From Anthoceros angustus (lineage: Eukaryota; Plantae; Anthocerotophyta), in contig MU008173.1 of assembly GCA_010909165.1 (NCBI GenBank), forward strand, positions 992,001 through 1,056,000: a stretch of 64,000 nt of DNA, written 5' to 3'. Both the position numbers and the translations under genes were made by a program. The stretch's first letter is position 1. The number at the start of each line of letters is the position of its first letter. Shown here piece after piece: positions 33,653-45,355 of this stretch. Under the pieces are notes generated by a model. It was not told the origin of the DNA, searched no databases, and worked only from the letters and a program-made list of their open reading frames with translations.

Positions 33653-36600
33653 ATGGAATCCGTTCCGGCTGACGAGCTGGATCGGGCTGCTTATCTGCGG
33701 ATTCTTTCTCAGAACGTCAGGGCTACACTGGGAGGTGTTGCAGATGAGAAAGGGGATGCTGCAGCTCTTGATGTGGTATTTTTTTAAGCATGCATCCTCA
33801 TTTTTCTTGTTTCTGCACAGCCGCGGTGTTTGTGGCTGAGCGTGTGTTTTGCGCTGCAGCTCGGCAAGTTGCACGCAATTTGCGACGATGCTGGAGCAGA
33901 AGATTTGGTTGGAAGAATCTACCCCTCCATTTTGAAAGTGTTTCAAAGATGCACGTCCTCTGGATCTGTCCCTCGTACTAGTACGGCCAAGCTCTCTCTC
34001 GTATGTTGTCTCGTTTCTTTTTACCAATGTGACAAAGGTGGCTGGCATGGTTATAATGCCATTGTGGCTGTACAGAAGTGTTTGATGGGAATTCTGTGTT
34101 TGGATTTTGACAGGCAATCTTGCAGTACTTTCTGGACTATGGAGACTTGGTGTTACATGATTTTGATCCAAGTCTTCGGTCCTTTTTCCGACTGAATCTC
34201 ACCAGGTTGTTGCTCAGCCGCCGGTTGAGGAGCTTGATAACTGGTTCATGTGTATAATTGGTTGGCTCAGTATGGAGAGAAATCTTGCAACCAGAAGTTT
34301 TTTTTTTTTGGCGTGCCTCATCAGAGCAATGTGCTCACAAGAAGTATGCTGGTGCAATAATTCCGCAGGCAGTATGCTGACACAGAGGTTGGCATGGCAA
34401 CTCTGGATTTCCTGAATGAAAACAAGGTGAAACTCTTGGCTTCTCATGCAAGCGTGCTTGTACAGGTCAGTGCCATTTACATACTTGCAATTTCTTGCGT
34501 TGTGTTTGTGTTTCTGTCCATTTTACCAAAGAAAATTTTGGCTAAGAATGACCTTGCTTGCAGTTTTACCCTCTATTATTCAAGGTAGCAGCATGGGGAG
34601 GCAAAGTGTACGTGTTCTGTTTGTCCGTTGAGTGTAATTGTGAAAATTTTGTCCAGGAGCTATCCCCAAGCCTGGTAGACATTTTTTGTTTCATGAAGAC
34701 TTCCTGAAGATACTCTTGTAGGATACCTCTTTACATAGGATTCTCTGAAACGCTGAAGCAAACCCACGCCGTGGTTGCAGGGTCAGCAAGCCGTTCCTCA
34801 AGCTACTTCCTGCTTTGATTGGGCCGTCTTCGTTCTTGTCCATATTCCCGGCTATACTGGACTTTCCAAGTAAGTTGAACACCCAAAGTGAGTACGCATG
34901 GTCTTTGTCATGCTGGAATCGTACGTCTCACTCAGAAGGCAAGTGCATTCCAGTCCTCGGATCCCTCTCTGATTTCATACTTTTTCATCTCATTGCAGCG
35001 TTGGTGCTTGCACTGGAGGGCCTGGAACAACGAAGTGGAGGACTTACCACCGCATCCTTGTCTTCTGTTCGGACACGGCCGGAAACAGCTGATGTAAGGG
35101 AAAGAAGCTTTGAGGCCCTCCTGTCAAGAACTTTGAGGTCCTATCTGAGATTTTGTTTCTCAGGCATTTTTGAAAATAATGGATCAAGCATACATTGGAG
35201 CACCCACCTTTGATGATCGAGGGACAGACTCGGAGGAGGACGAAACCAGCTTTGCAATGAAGGAAACACGTTCTCTGTTTGCTGACCTCTTGAAAGATGA
35301 AAACGAGGGCCTTCCTGTAAGTAATCCTGAAGAGGTCATGGTTACTTCTTACCTGTTCTTGTATGTGGCTTTTCTCCTGGAGTAGGGTGATACACTTTGC
35401 CAGTTCTGATCAAGTCTCAGCAAACTTATGTTAAACAAGCAGGAGCGGCATTGGTCCTTCGAAGGAATGGCTGAAGCTCTAGCAGTAGTTAGGGGATCCA
35501 AGACATCTGACAGACTTCAGTCTGGCCTGGACCTGTCACCCCTCATGCTTGATGTCTACTTTGCTATTTCATTACGGGATGCCAATGAGCGTATGGTGCT
35601 TACCTTGTATGGTGTTTTATTGGTATGAATTCTACGGGATGTATTTCGAATTCTAAGCATTGATTGCGTGTTGTTAACAGCATTGCAGTGTGCAGTACTA
35701 CCTCTAGTGTTCACTCGTGTGAATGCCATGTTCCCCGATGAAGTACTCTCGAGGGAGGTACAAAGCTTATCGTCGTGGCTCTTTTTTTCTGCAATGCAGT
35801 CTGCTGATGTGGATTCTCTTCACGTGTTTGCTTTCAGCAACATCTACTTCGAAAGCAACTCACAATTCAAGTCGGTTTTTTTTTCCTTTTGGCACCAGGT
35901 GCATCGACGGTGCATGGAGTTCATCTTGAAAACATTTAACAAATCGCCACATTTTGTAGCAATCTTAAAGGTTTCAGCCCGCCAACCTTGTGATAGCCTA
36001 ATCGTAGCTGTGTGTTTCTCTCAGACTGCAAGAAAATTGTACCATACATGTATGCATGTTACCTGGCTTGGAACGTGTTTCATGTTCAGTAGATATTGGA
36101 AGGTTTGCTATATCCCGACATGTTGGTTTGTGTTTTCCCTAGTTGTACTCTTGAACTGCAACTGTGTGTTGTCTTCCCCGCAGAAGCCGATCATAGACAG
36201 GCTTGGGCATCAACACACAGATGCTGATAAGGTACTTTCTTCCTCGTGTTTCTCACTGATCCCTCTTTTCCTTTTTGACATACATATATCAATGGCATCC
36301 TTTTGCTTCTGTTTCCCGCGAGTGGCAAGAATTAAGTAGGCGTTGCAATTTTGGCAGGCAGAATTAGCTTTGCAGCTTTGTTGGGCGGTCGGGGAATATG
36401 GAGGTGGGGGAGATTCCTACAAAGCTGAAGCTCGGGAGTTGTTCGAGTCCTTGGAACTACTGTTGTACGAGAATCTTTCTTCAAGGTGTTGCCGTAACCA
36501 CGCTCGTTCAGTGTTGGAATGTTGCGTATTCCTTGCTCATGTCGGTTGTGTTCCGTGTCCACAGTCGAGTAGCCAGAGCAGCAACAGCGACCGCGGTTAA

Positions 36601-37252
36601 AGGACCCCTTGCAGGCACAGCAGTAAAGGGCGCCCTAATAGGGACGCCCGCCCAGGCACGTCTGCTTTGTTTCCTCGTCACAGCAATTGCAAAACTGGCA
36701 ACCCGGCACAGGGAGCTTTTTGCGAGAGCTCGCGTGTCTGTTCAAAAGGTGGGTTTTATCCATCCTCTATGTATGCCGGTGCTTTTCATCATTTTTCACG
36801 TCGGATCGTTCACAATCGATTGCATCTCGTTGACTTGGTGTAGTCGGACTGTTACAACCGTGGCAGATCGCCCGATCTCAACAGGTGCTGGACGAAATTG
36901 TGTGGAGGCGGGCGCAGGATCTCCTAGGCCTCATGCAGGAACCCGCCATTTGCGCGTCCATGTTGGGCCCATCAGAAGGATCCAATCGGCCTGGAAGCAT
37001 ATCATGGATGGAGGGCAGAACGAAAGCAATAGCGCACGTTCCGTTCCACATCCTCGGCGACAGTGACGGTAAGGCCCGTGTCGTTTTGCGAACATGTTGG
37101 TGGTGAGAGAGTGGGGAGACACAAATGCACCTCCCGCACCTGCACCTCCTTCCTTTATGTTCTGATACCTTCTGTGCCTCATCACCCGTACGTATGCAGG
37201 CCCACCTTATCACGACTACTCCTTGTCAGATATAATCGGGAGGCGGATGTGA
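33653..37252 (+). CDS. AP5Z1: AP-5 complex subunit zeta-1, multi-exon
   Basis: AYLRILSQNVR; LHAICDDAGAEDLVGRIYPSILKVFQR; QLCWAVGEYGGG...ARELFESLELLLYENL; AIAKLATRHREL; terminal PPYHDYSLSDIIGRRM*. Confidence 0.87.
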
Positions 37253-37916
37253 TATTTTTTTCCAAGCGGGCTTGTCGGGGTCAAATATAGGCAGAGAAAA
37301 AAGCGGCCTCCAAAATTTGTAGAAGCTCTCCTATTTCGGAGGCGGAGTCCGATCCCCGATCAGGATCACGCACCGTTTGTGAAGCCTCGGCTGACAGTTG
37401 TGAGACACTCCTCGCTTCCATATCTTCCTTTCTCCTTACCGAAAGTGCACCAGTCTACATTCTATTTAGACCTGTGTGAATGTTGTATGTAGGGAAAGCG
37501 TAATGCACGTAGGTAAAGGACAGCACAAGAGCAAGAGGTACACAGTGTGTGTGTGAACGGGTGCAGGTGCTGCAGTGCTGAAGGGATCTTCCCGAGATTG
37601 AAGGAATCAGGAGTCGGTTCCAGGTAAATGAAGTGTTTTTTTTACCCGGCGGGCCGTCCGCGCGGTGGTTGCTTGTTACTTCCGTGGTGTGATTGGTGGC
37701 CGCGTGAAGAAGCAAGGCAGCGTAATAAGGCAAGTTGGGAAGGCAGAGGCTGTCCTGACTCCTGACCGAGTTTGTTCTCCCCGCCCTCCTGTCCTCAGGA
37801 GGCTCCTTGGTAGACGGTACCTGGCCTGCAGCTGCGTCGCTGCGTTACGGGGGCCGTTTCGGAGTGGACAGGTGTACAGAATGCCACTTCCCTCCTGTGG
37901 GCTGAGCGGGCTCCTG

Positions 37917-37975
37917 CGCTGGGGCTGGGGCTGGGGCTTGGGCTGGGGCTGGGGCTTTGGCTTGGGCTGGGGGCA
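37917..37975. repeat. (GGGGCT)n hexamer repeat upstream of the F-box ATG
   Basis: About nine degenerate hexamer units. Confidence 0.8.
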
Positions 37976-37980
37976 AGGGA

Positions 37981-39242
37981 ATGGGAATTGGTGAGGGCAT
38001 GGACGCGGGAAAGGCGCGTGAGATGGAGCAGAGGTGGGGCGGGCGACGCGGGGAGAGGTGGAGCGAGCTCCCGGAGCCGCTGATAGACAGGGTGATAGCG
38101 CGGCTGTTGCCGTTGTCTCGCCTCTTCCAGGCGCGGACGCTGTGCAAGAGGTGGAACTCGTGCTTCCTGTCGCAGGAGTTCCGATCCATGTTCGCGGAGC
38201 GGTCGGTGCAGAGCAGGTATCTGGGGCTGTTTGTGCTGCTGCGGGCGGACGAGGTCTCGAGGGCGGACGGGGAGGAGGGGCCTGGCTGGGGCGAGGTCCC
38301 CTGGGGAGGAGGGTGGAGCTGGGGAGGCGGGACTCGGTGGCGTACGACTTCGTGCACAGGAGGTGGCAGAAGCTGCCGCCGCCCCCGCGCTTCCCGCACA
38401 CTCTGGGCCACGTTAGCGTCACGGGGGCGGGGGGATTGCTGCTCTTCACCTACGTGAGCAGGGAGAAGCGGATGCTGCACGTGGTGTGCAATCCGCTCTC
38501 GGGGCAGGTGCGGGAGCTCCCCGACACGCTGCACAGCCCTGTGCCCGTGGATTTCCCGGAGGACTATGGGTTTCTGGTGAAGGAATACAGCCTGCTGCGC
38601 CTCATCCCTGACAAGGGCCGTAACAGGTACTGGATTGTGGTGGTGGACGACGACGACGAGCAGCGCACGCATGTGTTCGAGTCCACGGAGAACGTGTGGG
38701 CTGTGGCGGGCCGGCCCCCGCTGCACCCCCTGGTGAAGTGCAGCAGCGCCTACTGCAACGGCATCCTCTACTGCCTGGGGATGGACGCGGCGGGAAATTG
38801 CGGCATCATGAGCTACGACGTGCGGAGGAGGCAGTGGGATGCCGCCCCCAGGATCATTCCCCGGGAGCGGGCCCAGTCCGTGACCAACGTTCTGGACTGG
38901 GAGGGCCATCTGCTGTTTGTGCTGGAGCGTGATGAGATGCCCGCCAACCTCAAGCACATCTCGGTGTTCAAGTGGGATCCCGCTTCGCAGGCGCTGGACT
39001 GGGATCTGCTGGCCGAGATGCCGTTCGAGGTGTGCGGGCCTTGTGGGGATAGCTTCATGTGTGTTGCCGACAAGGAGCGCCTTTTCTTTTCCAGGATCTT
39101 TGTTGGCTCCCTGCAAATGGCTGTGTATAATTTTGGTCAGGATTCCTGGGAGCGCTTGCTGTTCGGGCCCTACCTTGGCCAAGGGTGGGCGTACCAGTTG
39201 GTCCGCTTTCCCTTCGAACCCGATTGGCTGGCATCTGTGTGA
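37981..39242 (+). CDS. F-box protein with C-terminal beta-propeller (kelch/FBA-like) domain. One apparent frameshift or short intron at ~38250-38330
   Basis: F-box WSELPEPLIDRVIARLLPLSRLFQARTLCKRWNS in one frame, then AYDFVHRRWQKLP...GGLLL...VVCNPLSGQVRELP...CNGILYCL...YDVRRRQW in the next. Confidence 0.82.
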
Positions 39243-40218
39243 CGGACAGACTTGAGTGTGTTAGACACACAGGCTTGTCATGTCAATTCTTCCCACAGCC
39301 AAGCTCCGAGCTTCCACATCTCCTTTCCCATCTGACAGAGAACACACTTGCCTACCTTCTTGCTTCTTGGCCTGGAACGGTATGTGCACAACGGTGTTCG
39401 ATCGCCCGTAACCGTGTGTCCCTCCTAGACCCTATGTTGTCTAGACAGACTGTGATTCCGAGCAGCTGTACACATCTTTCTGAATTTTGATTCGTGTTGT
39501 AGAGGATAGCACGTGAGGATGGTCTCCTTCTATTGTGAAGATGACTTTTGAAGGAACAAACTTTCAGGTTTCAGGTTTCACTAGAGGGTACCTTGGTGAC
39601 CAGGACTGGCTGATGACAACTCTTGCACAAATTTCCAGCTTGCTGCTAGATTATGCAGATTGTATGTTGAAGCTCTTGATTTTCCTTCCACCAGGTACAT
39701 GCATAACGTGAAATCCTTGAAGACGGTAAGGTACCACCCTCCACTCCACTCAGCACATGGACGCTTCTCGAGGATCTGTATTGTCTCCAGTTCATGAGGT
39801 GAATCTGACCGTAAGATTTCATCTGTCAGAAGTGGATATTTATGTAAGTGGCCATGACCTGTGGTTGCCAGCCAGCAATGGCAGTTGAAGGATTCCATTT
39901 CTAAATGATGCCTGTCATAGTTCTAGCGTGGAGTCACATTTGTCATGGCCAGGCCGAATTGCCACAATCAGATGACGCCAAGGGAGTACCGTGTTGACCT
40001 ATTTGTCTGATGCCTCTGACAGGTTGCCTTCACCAAAAAATAAAATATTCCAGTGTACAGATGCAGATATGCAGATTGTATCCGATCACAGAGGCGTATC
40101 ACACCAATAAATGTCGAATCCAGCCCCTGCAGTCGGAAGAGGGAAGAAATCGAATAAGAGAAGAAAATTATGCCGTGGTGCAAACTTGGCTTTTGCTTTC
40201 CGTGCTTTCATAAGCTAT

Positions 40219-42416
40219 CTAGTGGTGGGTGATAAGCGACGGCTCGTAACCCGCCGGTGCCTCAAAGCCCAGCAGGTTCATATACGTTGCCGTCACATTA
40301 GCCAGTCCTGCATTTGGTAAGTCAGTACGGAACTTGATGGAGGGTGGGAGCCCCGGACCCCCAATGGAGATGGGAACCTACAAACACAAGCCAAGGATTA
40401 TCTTCAGAGACTTGTCTCAGAAAGGGCTGCCCTGACAGAAACGAGGAGGTTTAAGGACTGGAATGTACCGGTGCTAAGGTATGAGAGGTCAAAGGTTCAA
40501 CTTTGCCCTCTGCATTGCGTAATGGAGAGCCATCCTTCTTTCGCTGAGCCATGTCGTCGCAATTTCCATGGTCAGCCGTCAAAAGCCAGATGCCTCCTGC
40601 CTTCTCCACTGCGTCCAACAGTTCCTGCATCATAACAATCAGGCAATCTCAGGGAGCCTGGTAGCTTCTCAGCCATGGCAGTGGAGAACCAGAAGAGAGA
40701 GACACATACCTTGACACCTTTGTCCACTGCTTCACAAGCCACAAGGACCGCCTCCAGGTCGCCCGTGTGGCCAACCATGTCGCCGTTTGCAAAATTGATA
40801 CGAACATAATCGTATTTCTTTGAAAGAATGGCATCCCTTGCAGCCTTAGTGATCTCGGCAGCCTTCATTTTGGGTAGTTGGTTGAAGGGAACATTGTCAC
40901 TGGTCACTTCGTAGTACTGCTCCAGCTCATCATCCAGCTTTCCTGATCGGTTGCCATTCCAGAAGAAGGTGACATGTCCGAACTTCTGAGTCTCACTGCA
41001 CCATATCCCGAGCGTTAGCAAACCAACATCACCAGTTTGTGAGCAGGAAAACGCACGACGTGCTGCATCACCCTCACCTGCAAGCAAAAGTCCTGACTTT
41101 GTTCTTCACCAGGTACTGTCCAGATGTCTTCTCAATGACGGGAGGCGCCACCAGGAAACGTGAAGGCAGCTTCAGATCCCCATCATACTGCATGAGCCCT
41201 ACAAAGTGTGTCTTGGGAAATCTCTTCCGATCAAACTTGTCGAACTGAGGGTATTCAAAAGCCTTGCTGATCTCAATGACTCTGTCAGCACGGAAGTTGA
41301 AAATGACCACGGCATCTCCATCCACAATGGGTCCAACTGGGTTCCCTTTCTTGTCCACAATCACAAAGGGGGGGTAGTACTGGTCATTCACTTTGGGGTC
41401 TCTGTTCTTGATCACCTCCAGGGCATCCAGAGCGTGCTCGAACTTGTAAGGTGCCTGCCCCAGGACGTGTGCATGCCAACCACGCTCCACAATCTGCCAG
41501 TCAGCCTACACAAGAATGCGCAAACACTTGTCATCACATGAATGGCATGGGTGCTCAAACAAACCACGGATGGAAAACCCAAGCAGGCACACTGTGAGCT
41601 GCATGGAAACTCACCTCGTAACGATCCATGGTGACATACATACGTCCCCCTCCAGAGGCGATGAGAGCATCACAGCCTTGACCCCGGAGGTGCTCCAACT
41701 CCTTCTCAAGCTTGCCCACGTACTGAACACTGGTTCCATCAGGCACATCCCGACCGTCTGTCAGCACATGAACCCTGATTTTCTTGCACCCATGATCGAA
41801 AGCCCCGTGTATGATGCCCAGCAGCTGGTCGCTCCGGGAGTGCACACCACCATCACTGAGGAGGCCAATGAGGTGCAACGTGCCCCCCTTGTCCCATGCC
41901 TCTTTGATGTAGTTGAAGCCAGCGTCCTTAAAAATTTGGCCCGACTCCAGCGCGGCATCCACAAGGCACGCCCTGCAAAGAACCGCCCATGTCAGACCCC
42001 AATTCAGGCCATGTCCATGAGCTAGAGCGGCATCCCCCGGCCCCGGCCCCCACCCACAATTCCACACCAATTCAGCGCCCAGTAACAGCCCGGGCCCCCA
42101 GCTGGCAGCATGCAGGAGGCACAGCTCACCCTTGCTGGATGATCTTGCCGGCGCCCATGGCGTTGTGACCAACCTCGCTGTTGCCCATGTCGGAGTCGCT
42201 GGGCAGGCCCACAGCCTTCCCGTGGGCCTTGATGGTGCGCCATCGCTCAGGTGCGTGGTCCTTGAGTGCGCGGATGGTGGGAACATTGGCCTTGTACACC
42301 CCGTTCCAGTCGTCCTCCACATTCTCCCCCCAGCCGTCAAGCACCATGAGCAGAAAAGGCTTGCCCCGCGGAATCACGGGGTGCGGCTGCAGTGCCCATT
42401 CCGTCGACTGCACCAT
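40219..42416 (-). CDS. iPGAM: 2,3-bisphosphoglycerate-independent phosphoglycerate mutase (iPGAM), multi-exon
   Basis: VLDGWGE, DMGNSEVGHNAMGAG, LSDGGVHSR, TDGRD, ASGGGRMYVTMDRYE, FNFRADR, SETQKFGHVTFFWNG, NFANGDMVGHTG, TADHGNCDDM, HTLAPV-PISIGG...FEAPAGYEPSLITHH*. Confidence 0.95.
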
Positions 42417-43149
42417 CTCGGCCCAATCTCGCAATTCCCGATGCCGCGCAGATCGTTCGGAGCAGCAGCAGAAGACGCAGACGCGGACGCGGACGCACAA
42501 GCGAAAGCCGAGGCGAGGCGCCCGGACGAGAAGGTAGGTAACTTCAATGCGCCAATCAGAATATTCGGACTCCTAAATTCCAGCCATCGCACTTCACAGT
42601 TCACACGCCTCTAAATTCTTTACTCTTTTCATGCCACACCTCTCACTGTGCAACTCTTCTTGCCTACGTAGGTAATCGTTCCTCGTTACCTTTATTCTCT
42701 CTCCCAAACTCCCTGGCGATAGCTCCCGACTTTCCATTCAACAAATAGAAAGCCTCTTTTCCTTGTGGAATAGACGAGGAGTAAGACCTTTCACTAATCC
42801 AACAATTCATCTATTCTCGAAACAAAAACAAAGAAACCCGACAATTCATCGATACATTTCTAGTTCAACACCCTTAAACATAATTGTATCTTCATGCTCT
42901 CGGAAAAATAGACATAACTCCTATCCAAGGGGATTGACCCTCATAGGCGAATAGAGGCGCGAACACCTAAGATATCATTCGAACCCTTCATGCCTTCATT
43001 CGTTTCCACTCTGGTCTTTTCATAAGCCGAAGAAGCTTTCTCCTCCAAGGTAAAGCCAGAAAAAGCATCTTCAATGTTTTCTCTCTCTCATTTCAAGTTC
43101 TATGGAGGTCTATTCCATCACGAGCTCAAGTGCTTATCAAAAAGGCTGC

Positions 43150-43400
43150 AAAGAGACGAGGTGCCTTAGATTGTATCGTTCTGCCGGGATAAATATCGTT
43201 CTACTGGAATAAATAAGCGCTCCTTACAAAAGCAAATGCTTATAAAAAAGATTGGACAAAGACGGGATGCCCTAGATTGTATCGCTCATAAATAAGCGCT
43301 CCTAACAATGGCAAATGTTGATCAAAAAGACTGGACAGAGACGGGGTGCCCTAGATTGTACCGTTCTACCGAGATAAATAAGCGCTCCTCACGAGAGCAA
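43150..43400. repeat. Tandem array A: 3 degenerate ~80-110 bp units (GACG.G.TGCC.TAGATTGTA.CG...ATAAATAAGCGCTCCT)
   Basis: Units start near 43150, 43258 and 43337. Confidence 0.8.
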
Positions 43401-43914
43401 AACAAGCACGTGAGATCCCCATTCTTGTGGGTTTTTTTTAAAAGATGATCAAAAAAGTAGAAAAGCAAGTCAATCTCCATTCTTATGCGTTTTTTCTTAT
43501 CATGTGGGCTTGTTGAACAAAAATGTGGAAACTTTACACAGCAAAAGAAATCTCATCTACACTGCGTGATGAGTAATAACCCTCTAGAGGGCCGCGAGCC
43601 TTGGGGTCTAGCCCCTGCGATATTCTACCCGGAAAATACCAAGGATATTAAAGTCAGGTTTTTTCTTACAGGATGAGTAAGCAGAAAAAACAAGCAAGAG
43701 GAATCCCCATTTTTGCGCGTCTTTCTTATAGTTAGATAAGTACTTAGAGCAAAACAGGCAAGTGTACTTCTCATTCTTGTTGTTTCTACTTATAAGATGA
43801 ACAAGGAAAAGAGAACAATGAAGTGGGATCCTAATCCCATTACCGATTCACTGAATTGAATTGAGTTTCAACCATGAACGAAACTCCACTCGTCTGTCCA
43901 TTTTTGCTTGTTCT

Positions 43915-44695
43915 ATTGTGAACGTGTAGCCCGTAAGGCCATAAAGCCGAGGATGGATGGCACCCCATCCGAGCACTCATGTGTCCGTTTTTGCTTGTTT
44001 TTTTGTGAACGGGTATGACCCCATCGGGTCATAAAGCTGAGGATGGGTAGCGCCCAATCCGAGCACTTATTTGTCCAAAGGTTGTGAACGGGTATCATCC
44101 CACAGGGCCATGAAGTTGCGGATGGGTGGCACCCCATCTGAGCACTTATATGTGCGAAGGACGCTTGACTATAACAAGTGGCCTCGTAGGGCCATCAAGT
44201 TGAGGATGGGTGGCACCCCATCTGAGCACTTACTTGTCTGAAGGATGCTTAACTATAACAAGCAGCCTCATAGGGCCAACAAGATGAGGATGGGTGGCAC
44301 CCCATCTGAGGATGAATCGCAGGCTCAGAGACGAGGCCATGATGTGTATAGCAGATGGCCTTGTAGGACCATGAAGTTGAGGATGGGTGGCACCCTATTT
44401 GAGCACTAATCCATCCGTTCTTGCTTAATTTTTTGTTGTGAATGTGTATGGCCTTGTAGGGACATGAGGATGGGTGGCACTCCATCCGATTACCAATGCG
44501 TCTCTTTTTGCTATAACTGTCTGATCAATCCTTAACTATAATAGGGTGGCACTTTAGAGAGGAGGGCATGAAGTTGAGGATGGATGGCACCCCATCTGAG
44601 CACTGATGTGTCCATTTTTTGCTTTTTCTACTATAAACGTGTATGGCCCCATAGGATCATGAAGCTGAGGAAGGATAGCACCCCATCCAATGTTT
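43915..44695. repeat. Tandem array B: 9 units of ~79-110 bp with a conserved hairpin core GAGGATGGGTGGCACCCCATC(C/T)GAGCAC
   Basis: Cores at ~43949, 44039, 44118, 44202, 44286, 44379, 44466, 44576 and 44667. Confidence 0.88.
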
Positions 44696-44698
44696 AAT

Positions 44699-45110
44699 TA
44701 CCTGGAGTTCCAATGAGCCTATGTCTAGATGCCAACCCTTGATGGGAGGATTGAATGATTATTTTTGTTCACTAGGGTGGACGATCATCCAATGACAGTA
44801 ATCATGTTTTTTAGCTGTGCTTACTGACAATTACTCTTCACACGCTTACCTGTGGAGGTCTAATGAACCCATGTCTAGATGCCACTCTTTAAAGAGAAGA
44901 TTGAAAGATTATTTCTTCTGTCCACTAGAGTGGATGATTATCCAATGATAATAATAGTGCTTTTTAAATGTGCCCACTAACAATTACTCTTTGGAAGCTT
45001 AATTGTGGAGTCCGAAGAAACCCATGTCTAAATGTCACTCTTTGAAAGAGAGGGCCGAACATTATTTTTGTTCATTATGGTGGATAATTATCGAACAACA
45101 ATAATAATAC
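44699..45110. repeat. Tandem array C: 3 degenerate ~150-bp units (..GGAG..ATGAACCCATGTCTAGATGCCAC..GATTATTTTTGT..)
   Basis: Units start near 44699, 44847 and 45000. Confidence 0.78.
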
Positions 45111-45355
45111 TCACCAACAATGGAAGAAAAACAAAAAGGAAAGGATACATAGTGGTAAAAAATGGGATCCGAGCTCATGCCCTTTCAGACTAGTATCTGA
45201 AACTATGCCTTAGACCAGAAAGAAAGGAAGTGGAAACTTTATAAAAAAAGAAGAGATGGGAAAACCCATCTATCCCATGGTGATGGGGAACAACCCATTA
45301 CAGGGCCAAGGGCTAGGAGGGGCTAGGAAGGGCTAGCCCTCCCCGCCCTCCCCCC

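Noticed and set aside
37676-39182. Minus-strand ORFs of 445 aa and 257 aa
   Set aside because: Antisense shadows of the GC-rich F-box CDS.
43915-44695. CRISPR-like look (palindromic repeat plus spacers)
   Set aside because: The spacers are homologous to each other, the cores are degenerate, the context is eukaryotic and there are no cas genes. It is a tandem repeat.
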